A stretch of DNA of 64,000 nt from an uncultured Polaribacter sp. GTDB lineage: Bacteria; Bacteroidota; Bacteroidia; Flavobacteriales; Flavobacteriaceae. Each line of letters starts with the position of its first letter. Within the stretch, counting starts at the first letter, position 1. The stretch lies in assembly GCA_943788045.1 (NCBI GenBank), contig CALSOT010000005.1, positions 12,789 through 76,788 of the forward strand, given 5' to 3'. The position numbers were made by a program, and so were the translations under genes. This document shows positions 57,405-64,000 of this stretch, piece after piece. Under the pieces are notes generated by a model. That model ran no database searches and was not told where the DNA came from. It saw nothing but the letters and a program-made list of their open reading frames with translations.

Positions 57405-59636
57405 TTAATCCTCTTTTCTTGGTTCTCTTGGTTTTCTTGAATCACGACGATTGTCTCTACCTCTATTATCGCGTCCTCCAGAACGTTTGTCGTCTCTTGG
57501 TGGTCTCGCTACATAACCTTCAGGCTTCTCTAGCAAGGCTTTCCTAGAAACTTTTTCTTTTTTAGTTCTTGGGTCTAAACCGAAATATTTTACATCTAAA
57601 ACATCTCCCATGTTTACAACATCTGAAACATTGTCTGTACGTTCCCATGCTAATTCGCTTACATGTAGTAAAACTTCATTACCGGGGGCTTCAACATACT
57701 CTACCACAGCACCAAAATCTAACATTTTGATTACTTTTACTTGGTATGTAGATCCTTTTTCAGGTTTAAACATCATAGATTCAATTTTAGCAATTACTGC
57801 TTCAATTCCATCTGGTTTTGTTCCTAGAATTTCAATGATCCCTTCTTCGGTAACAGCGTCTTCTGTTATAACAATTGTAGTTTCAGTCTCTTTCTGTAAT
57901 TCTTGAATATTTTTACCACCTGGCCCAATAAATGCACCAATCAAATCATTAGGGATTCTTCGGTTAATCATTTTAGGAGCATGATCTTTTACCTCTTCAT
58001 TTGGAGTAGTAATAGTATCAGTTAATTTTTCTAAAATGTGTAAACGACCATCACGAGCTTGTTTTAGTGCATTTACTAAAATTTCGTATGACAATCCTTT
58101 TACTTTAATATCCATTTGACACGCAGTAATTCCTTCTGCAGTTCCCGTTACTTTAAAATCCATATCTCCTAAATGGTCTTCATCACCTAAAATATCAGAT
58201 AAAACAGCGTAACGATCTCCATCAGAAATTAATCCCATGGCAATACCAGAAACAGGTCTAATCATTTGAACACCGGCATCCATCATTGCCATTGTACCAG
58301 CACAAACTGTTGCCATAGATGAAGAACCGTTAGATTCTAAAACTTCAGAAACCACTCTCACTGTGTATGGGCAATCATCAGGAACCATTCCCTTTAAAGC
58401 TCTTTGAGCTAAATTACCATGTCCAACCTCTCTTCGTGAAGTTCCTCTTAAAGGACGTGCTTCACCTGTACAAAAAGGAGGGAAGTTATAATGTAAATAG
58501 AAATTTTCTTCAGCTTCGTGGGAAGGCATGTCTATTTTTATAGCATCTCTTGATGTTCCTAAAGTTACCGTTGCTAAAGCTTGAGTTTCTCCACGAGTAA
58601 AAATAGAAGAACCATGTGTTGATGGCAAATAATCTACCTCACACCAAATTGGTCTAATTTCATCCGTTTTACGACCGTCTAAACGTAAACCTTCTGCTAA
58701 TGTTAATTCTCTAACTGCATTTTTTTGAGATTTGTTGAAATATTTACCAACTAAATCACCATAATCTTCTAATTCTTCTTCAGAAAAAGTAGCTTTTAAT
58801 GCTTCTTTTACTTCAGAAAAAGCAGTTGTACGTTCTACTTTAGAAGTTCCTTTTTTAGCAATAGCATAACATTTATCGTAACAAAAGTCATTTATTTTTG
58901 CAGCTAATTCTTCATCTTCTCTCTCTCCTTCGTATTCTCTAGTTTCTTTTTTTCCGAAAGCTTCTGCTAATTTAACTTGAGCAGCACATTGTATTTTAAT
59001 TGATTCATGGGCAAACTTAATAGCATCTGCCATTTCTTCTTCAGAAATTTCATCCATTTCACCTTCAACCATCATTACAGAATCAGCTGATGCTCCAATC
59101 ATCATATCGATGTCAGACTCTGCTAATTGAGCTCTACTTGGATTGATTACGAATTCACCGTTTACTCGAGCAACACGTGCTTCAGAAATAGGACATTCGA
59201 ATGGAAAATCAGATAATTGAATAGCTGCTGATGCTGCTAAACCTGCTAATGCATCAGGCATAACATCTTCATCATGAGACATTAATTGGATCATTACCTG
59301 TACTTCTGAATGATAGTCTTTTGGAAATAATGGACGTAAAACACGGTCTACTAAACGCATTGTTAATACTTCTCCATCACTTGGTCTTGCTTCTCTTTTG
59401 AAAAAACCACCAGGGTAACGACCTGCAGCAGCAAATTTTTCTCTATAATCTACTGTTAATGGCAAAAAATCAACTGTTCCTGCTTTGTAGCTAGATACTA
59501 CAGTACATAATAACATTGCTTTACCCATTTGAACAACAACCGAACCGTGAGCTTGTTTCGCTAACTTACCAGTTTCTAACGAGATAGTTCTTCCATCTCC
59601 AAGGTCTATAACCTCTCTAAATACTTTTGGAATCAT
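57405..59636 (-). CDS. pnp: Polynucleotide phosphorylase
   Basis: Two RNase PH domains, a KH region ([12 protein letters not shown]), an S1 domain and a basic C-terminal tail. ATG at 59636 ([16 protein letters not shown]) is preferred. Confidence 0.92.
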   Translation of the reverse strand: MIPKVFREVIDLGDGRTISLETGKLAKQAHGSVVVQMGKAMLLCTVVSSYKAGTVDFLPLTVDYREKFAAAGRYPGGFFKREARPSDGEVLTMRLVDRVLRPLFPKDYHSEVQVMIQLMSHDEDVMPDALAGLAASAAIQLSDFPFECPISEARVARVNGEFVINPSRAQLAESDIDMMIGASADSVMMVEGEMDEISEEEMADAIKFAHESIKIQCAAQVKLAEAFGKKETREYEGEREDEELAAKINDFCYDKCYAIAKKGTSKVERTTAFSEVKEALKATFSEEELEDYGDLVGKYFNKSQKNAVRELTLAEGLRLDGRKTDEIRPIWCEVDYLPSTHGSSIFTRGETQALATVTLGTSRDAIKIDMPSHEAEENFYLHYNFPPFCTGEARPLRGTSRREVGHGNLAQRALKGMVPDDCPYTVRVVSEVLESNGSSSMATVCAGTMAMMDAGVQMIRPVSGIAMGLISDGDRYAVLSDILGDEDHLGDMDFKVTGTAEGITACQMDIKVKGLSYEILVNALKQARDGRLHILEKLTDTITTPNEEVKDHAPKMINRRIPNDLIGAFIGPGGKNIQELQKETETTIVITEDAVTEEGIIEILGTKPDGIEAVIAKIESMMFKPEKGSTYQVKVIKMLDFGAVVEYVEAPGNEVLLHVSELAWERTDNVSDVVNMGDVLDVKYFGLDPRTKKEKVSRKALLEKPEGYVARPPRDDKRSGGRDNRGRDNRRDSRKPREPRKED

Positions 59637-59840
59637 AAATTTTAATTCTAAATTTTTAAATTGTTTGTTGTTGTGTTGCTGTCTGTTGTTGCAATGGAAA
59701 TTCAAAAATGCTGTTACTATTTTTGATTTTTTTATATAGATTCTGTCTGTTAGTCAGAATTAAATACTTTTAAATTTCTGCTTCTGCAGAAAAAAATAAA
59801 TTATTGTTTTGTATAAATCTACGTGTAAATTTATCAAAAT

Positions 59841-59875
59841 AAAAAAAAGAGGCACGTTTACAGAGCCTCTTTTTG
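59841..59875 (-). terminator. Terminator/attenuator between rpsO and pnp
   Basis: On the minus strand, hairpin AGAGGC...GCCTCT followed by T8, directly after the rpsO stop. Confidence 0.7.
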
Positions 59876-59881
59876 TAAGAA

Positions 59882-60151
59882 TTATTTTCTAATTCCTAAT
59901 TCTTTAATTATCGCACGATATCTATTGATTTCCGTTTTCTTAAGATAATCTAATAAACTCTTACGTTTACCTACTAACATTACTAATGAACGCTCAGTAT
60001 TAAAATCTTTACGATTTTTCTTTAAGTGCTCCGTTAGGTGATTAATTCTGTGTGTAAACAGTGCAATTTGACCTTCTGAAGAACCGGTATCGTTTTTTCC
60101 TTTACCATGTTTCTCGAAGATGCTTTCTTTTACTTCTTTGGTTAAATACAT
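59882..60151 (-). CDS. rpsO: 30S ribosomal protein S15
   Basis: 89 aa. GSSEGQIALFTHRINHLTEHLKKNRKDFNTERSL is typical of S15, in the conserved position upstream of pnp. Confidence 0.92.
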   Translation of the reverse strand: MYLTKEVKESIFEKHGKGKNDTGSSEGQIALFTHRINHLTEHLKKNRKDFNTERSLVMLVGKRKSLLDYLKKTEINRYRAIIKELGIRK

Positions 60152-60306
60152 TCCAATATTATTTAAATGATTATTATGTATATCAATGATTTATTCATTG
60201 AGGTTGCAAATATATAATTTATTTTTTGAATAGAAACATTGCTGAACTTCTTCTTTTTTAGAGTTTTACTCTAAGAATAATAAAGCGAGTAAATAAAAGC
60301 TTTTAG

Positions 60307-61164
60307 TTATGCTCTAATTGGTATGTTTTGTATTAAATCTATATACAAATTAACTTGTTTCTTTAAGTTTTTACGCTCGTAAATTCCATCTAAAAAACCG
60401 TGCTCTAGTACAAATTCAGATTTTTGAAAACCTTCTGGTAAATCTTTTCCAGTTGTATCTTTTACCACTCTTGGTCCTGCAAAAGCGATTAATGCGTTAG
60501 GCTCTGCAATGTTAATGTCACCAAGCATAGCATAGGAGGCTGTAGTACCTCCAGTAGTTGGGTCTGTGCACAAAGAAATGTATGGAATGTTAACTTCTGC
60601 TAATTGAGCTAGTTTTGCAGATGTTTTAACTAGTTGCATTAAAGAGAGTGATGCTTCCATCATTCGTGCACCACCAGATTTAGAAATCATTAAAAAAGGT
60701 ACTTTATTTTTTATGGAATAATCTATAGCTCTTGCTATTTTTTCACCAACAACAGAACCCATTGATCCCCCAATGAAAGAGAAGTCCATTGCAGCTATTA
60801 CTAAATCTTTTCCAAGTGATTTACCAACAGCTGTTCTTACAGCGTCTTTCAACTTTGTTTTTTCTTTTGCTGCCTTTAATCTTTCAGGGTACTTTTTAGT
60901 ATCTTCAAATTTTAAAGGGTCTCTTGAGGTAAGGTTTGTATTTAACTCTTTAAATTTGTTATCATCAAAAAATAATTCGAAATATTCTTTACTTCCTATT
61001 CTTACATGATATCCATCTTCTGGACTTACGTATAAGTTTCTTTTTAATTCTTCTGTATCTATTATTTTTCCACTAGGGGTTTTGTACCATAAACCCTTTG
61101 GAGTATCTTTTTTGTCTTCTGTAGAAGTTTGTATTCCCTTATCTGTTCTTTTAAACCAAGCCAT
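60307..61164 (-). CDS. accD: Acetyl-CoA carboxylase carboxyltransferase beta subunit
   Basis: Carboxyltransferase core [20 protein letters not shown]...SGGARMMEA. The N-terminal region lacks the CxxC...CxxC zinc ribbon of E. coli AccD. Confidence 0.88.
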   Translation of the reverse strand: MAWFKRTDKGIQTSTEDKKDTPKGLWYKTPSGKIIDTEELKRNLYVSPEDGYHVRIGSKEYFELFFDDNKFKELNTNLTSRDPLKFEDTKKYPERLKAAKEKTKLKDAVRTAVGKSLGKDLVIAAMDFSFIGGSMGSVVGEKIARAIDYSIKNKVPFLMISKSGGARMMEASLSLMQLVKTSAKLAQLAEVNIPYISLCTDPTTGGTTASYAMLGDINIAEPNALIAFAGPRVVKDTTGKDLPEGFQKSEFVLEHGFLDGIYERKNLKKQVNLYIDLIQNIPIRA

Positions 61165-61281
61165 ACTAGTTATTCTGTTTTATTTTGTTTCTACACCTAT
61201 TTTTAAAAATAGAAATCAAGTTTAGGAGTACAAATGTAAAAGTTTTTTCTTTAAAGTTTCCTTTTTGATGTTTAAAGTCAT

Positions 61282-61315
61282 AAAAAAAGCACTTTGATTT
61301 ATTCAAAGTGCTTTT
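61282..61315 (-). terminator. Rho-independent terminator after fba
   Basis: Hairpin AGCACTTTGA-TTTAT-TCAAAGTGCT with a T7 run on the minus strand. Confidence 0.75.
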
Positions 61316-61337
61316 CACCTATTTAAAAGGGTAGTTT

Positions 61338-62405
61338 TTATAAAGTATCAACGTTGTTTAAGTCAGCAAAAGCTTGTTTTAAACGTGTTTTAAAAGTTTT
61401 TTCACCTTCACGTAACCATTTTCTTGGGTCATAGAATTTTTTATTAGGCTGATCTGCCCCATCAGGATTACCAATTTGAGTAGCTAAATAAGCTGATTTA
61501 TCTTGAATATAATCTCTAATTCCCTCTGTAAACGCAAATTGTAAATCTGTATCAATGTTCATTTTCACAACTCCATAACCAATTGCTTCTCTAATTTCTT
61601 CTACTGTAGATCCAGAACCTCCGTGAAATACAAAATCAATATGGTTTTCTTCAACACCATATTTTTTTGTGATAAATTCTTGAGAATCCTTTAATATTTT
61701 TGGAGTTAATTTTACGTTTCCTGGTTTATAAACACCGTGTACATTACCAAAAGCGGCTGCAATTGTAAATTGAGGAGATACTTTTAATAATTCTTCATAA
61801 GAATAGGCAACTTCTTCTGGTTGTGTGTATAATTTAGAAACATCTACATCAGAGTTGTCTACACCATCTTCTTCTCCGCCAGTTATACCTAATTCAATTT
61901 CTAAAGTCATACCTATTTTACTCATACGAGCTAAATAAGTTTTACAAATAGCGATGTTTTCTTCTAGAGGCTCTTCAGATAAATCTATCATATGAGAACT
62001 AAATAAAGATTTTCCAGTCTGTGCAAAATGTTTTTCTGAGGCATCTAATAAACCATCAATCCAAGGTAATAATTTTTTCGCTGCGTGGTCGGTATGTAAA
62101 ATTACAGGAACTCCATAGGCAACTGCTAGTTCATGTATGTGCTTTGCACCTGCAACAGCACCCGCGATAGCTGCTTTTTCATTTTCGTTAGATAAACCTT
62201 TTCCTGCATTAAATTGTGCACCACCATTTGAGAACTGAATGATTACTGGAGCGTTTAATTCGCTTGCAGTTTCCAGAACACCGTTAATTGTGTTTGATCC
62301 AATAACGTTTACTGCTGGTAGAGCAAATCCTTTTTCTTTTGCATAGTTAAAAATATCTTGAACTTCTGTTCCAGTTGCAACACCAGGTTTTATATTATGA
62401 CTCAT
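61338..62405 (-). CDS. fbaA: Class II fructose-bisphosphate aldolase
   Basis: VILHTDHAAK and FVFHGGSGS motifs. About 355 aa from the ATG at 62405 (MSHNIKPGV). Confidence 0.9.
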   Translation of the reverse strand: MSHNIKPGVATGTEVQDIFNYAKEKGFALPAVNVIGSNTINGVLETASELNAPVIIQFSNGGAQFNAGKGLSNENEKAAIAGAVAGAKHIHELAVAYGVPVILHTDHAAKKLLPWIDGLLDASEKHFAQTGKSLFSSHMIDLSEEPLEENIAICKTYLARMSKIGMTLEIELGITGGEEDGVDNSDVDVSKLYTQPEEVAYSYEELLKVSPQFTIAAAFGNVHGVYKPGNVKLTPKILKDSQEFITKKYGVEENHIDFVFHGGSGSTVEEIREAIGYGVVKMNIDTDLQFAFTEGIRDYIQDKSAYLATQIGNPDGADQPNKKFYDPRKWLREGEKTFKTRLKQAFADLNNVDTL

Positions 62406-62503
62406 TTTTGTTTTTTTAATCATTAATTACGAATCAAAAGTACTAAAAATAGACAGTAGAGTATGTGAAAAATAACGAAAACGTTATAGGTTTCTCTCTC
62501 ATT

Positions 62504-64000
62504 TTAGAAGGGGTAGTTGATTCCTATGTTATACACAGCATTCGCAAAGTTGTAGTTTTTAAGCCATTTATTTCCGGTTAGATAAGGTTCGTAGGTTTTA
62601 AATCCAATATCTAAACGAAGAATTAAAAAGTTAAAGTCTAATCTTGCTCCAAAACCTGAGCCAATAGCCATATCTTCTAAAGAGGATAAATCATTAAATT
62701 TAGCATCTTCATCAACAAAACTTGAGCCAGTAATATCCCAAATATTTCCTGCATCAATAAATATTGCACCTTTTAATTTACTAATAACATCAAACCGGTA
62801 TTCTGCACTTGCAAGAAACTTAAGACTACCAACATTAAATTCTAATCCTGTATTTCTACTTCCAGGACCTAATTCATAAGTTTGCCAAGCTCTAATATCA
62901 TTTGAACCACCAGCAAAATAACTTTTAGTAAAAGGAATATCAGAATTATCATAAGGAATAATTGCACCTAAAAATGTTCTGAAACCGAAAACAGAATTAG
63001 AAGCTATATCCCAAAATTTCTTGTATTCAAAATCGATTTTAAAATACTGAGCTAAAGGTATTTTAGAAAATGTTTTTTTATTGTTTGTATTTGTGTTTTT
63101 AGATATTAACCCTAAAAAATTACCGGAATTAGCCATTCTTGCTTTGAAAAACGAAAAGTTATTATCGTTAAACTTTGTTTGATTATTGTATGTGTAAGAA
63201 TAAGCAAGAACAGGAATTAAAAAATCGGATGTTACAATATTATATCTATTCAAGATATTTAAAGCTTTGTTGTACTCATCTGAATTTGTAACTTTAAAAT
63301 TATTATCATTAGAAACTGTTCTCATGAAATTGATAGCCTCACTTACTTGGTTGTCTATGTTATTTGAAAGAGGGTAGTTGGTACTAATATTATTGGCTGC
63401 GTCGTATACTTTGGCTACGTTATTTAAATTTGAAAATTCAGAACTGTATATTTTAAAGTAACTATTAATATTTAAGTTTTTAATGTATTGGGTGTTGAGT
63501 ATTTCTAGCTGAATTGTTTTTTTCGTGTTATACTGCCATTTGTAATCAGATAAAAAAGTAAAGGCTTGTCTATCTAAACCAATATTTTTTTGAAAACTAG
63601 ATCCAATAGAAAATAATGTTCTTGGAGACATTCGTTTAGGTACTAATTTGCTTAAACCTAAAGGGGCTATAAATCTGGGTATTTCTAAAGATGCGTCTGC
63701 ACCAATTTCCCAGCCGGGACCATTGTTTGAATTAAAATAAGATCCCAAAAAAGATAGCTTTAAGAGTTCTGCACCTCTAAAAGCATTCCTGTTTGAGATA
63801 GAAAATTTAGCTGAAGCACCTATGTTTCTTATATTTGAATGTGTTATTTCTGTTTCTAAGCCTAATGTATATTTTTCTATGGGTGATAAAAAAACATCCA
63901 TCTTTAATTCATTATCAGTTCCCGGAATTGTACTGAACTTTATATTGGTAGATTTGAAGTTTTTAAGTGACTTTAGGTGATTTCTTGTTAAGTTTCTTAA
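62504..64000 (-). CDS. Omp85/BamA-TamA-family outer-membrane protein (C-terminal beta-barrel; N-terminus outside the window)
   Basis: The frame stays open upstream of the track ATG through to position 64000. The pattern is beta-barrel-like with alternating residues, and the protein ends in the aromatic terminus INYPF. Confidence 0.6.
   Translation of the reverse strand, partial: LRNLTRNHLKSLKNFKSTNIKFSTIPGTDNELKMDVFLSPIEKYTLGLETEITHSNIRNIGASAKFSISNRNAFRGAELLKLSFLGSYFNSNNGPGWEIGADASLEIPRFIAPLGLSKLVPKRMSPRTLFSIGSSFQKNIGLDRQAFTFLSDYKWQYNTKKTIQLEILNTQYIKNLNINSYFKIYSSEFSNLNNVAKVYDAANNISTNYPLSNNIDNQVSEAINFMRTVSNDNNFKVTNSDEYNKALNILNRYNIVTSDFLIPVLAYSYTYNNQTKFNDNNFSFFKARMANSGNFLGLISKNTNTNNKKTFSKIPLAQYFKIDFEYKKFWDIASNSVFGFRTFLGAIIPYDNSDIPFTKSYFAGGSNDIRAWQTYELGPGSRNTGLEFNVGSLKFLASAEYRFDVISKLKGAIFIDAGNIWDITGSSFVDEDAKFNDLSSLEDMAIGSGFGARLDFNFLILRLDIGFKTYEPYLTGNKWLKNYNFANAVYNIGINYPF

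Noticed and set aside
59700-59800. Short hairpins (ATTCTG...CAGAAT and TTTCTGC-TTCT-GCAGAAA) in the pnp leader, considered as an RNase III autoregulatory site like that of E. coli pnp
   Set aside because: The stems are only 6-7 bp in AT-rich sequence. The E. coli mechanism is not known to me to apply in Bacteroidota. I noted them but cannot support a feature.
1-64000. CRISPR arrays, rRNA genes, and IS elements with terminal inverted repeats
   Set aside because: Reading the window, I saw no regularly spaced short repeats, no rRNA-like conserved segments and no transposase ORFs. The only recombinase genes are the integrase and the serine recombinase stump.

Overview
Low-GC window that reads as a marine Flavobacteriaceae chromosome (SusC/SusD pair, T9SS C-terminal sorting domains, gldB/gldC). 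All family names come from motif recognition by eye; no searches were run.

The window has two parts.

(1) About 2.5-41.0 kb is an accessory polysaccharide utilization locus (PUL):
- A hybrid two-component sensor with an AraC output, susC/susD-like genes and a PKD/CBM-like surface lipoprotein.
- Two paralogous TIM-barrel glycoside hydrolases whose family I cannot assign.
- Three T9SS-sorted paralogs built from shuffled modules.
- Two GH29 alpha-L-fucosidases, a GH2, sulfatases and three esterases.
- A minus-strand cluster matching the non-phosphorylative L-fucose pathway: UxaA-type dehydratase, SDR, FAH hydrolase, lactonase and an FMN-dependent lactate dehydrogenase.

The likely substrate is an acetylated, sulfated, fucose-containing glycan.

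This block is bracketed by a 50-bp direct repeat (49/50 identical). The right copy is the terminator immediately 3' of tRNA-Leu. A tyrosine integrase plus tRNA-Asp lie at the left border and a decayed large serine recombinase at the right, so it looks like an integrated, partly decayed island.

Several PUL genes are broken:
- Large deletions: a sulfatase remnant, a truncated fucP and a gutted lactonase.
- Frameshifts: the GH2 and one T9SS paralog (in a G5 run).

(2) 41.1-64 kb is housekeeping: tRNA-Leu, tRNA-Gly, sodA, fbp, lysC, an OlsF-like acyltransferase, tig, clpP, clpX, dnaG, nadE, gldB, gldC, a folK-deoxynucleoside kinase fusion, pnp, rpsO, accD, fba and an Omp85 protein.

The most novel candidate is the modular T9SS/GH paralog set plus a small secreted-peptide-like ORF.
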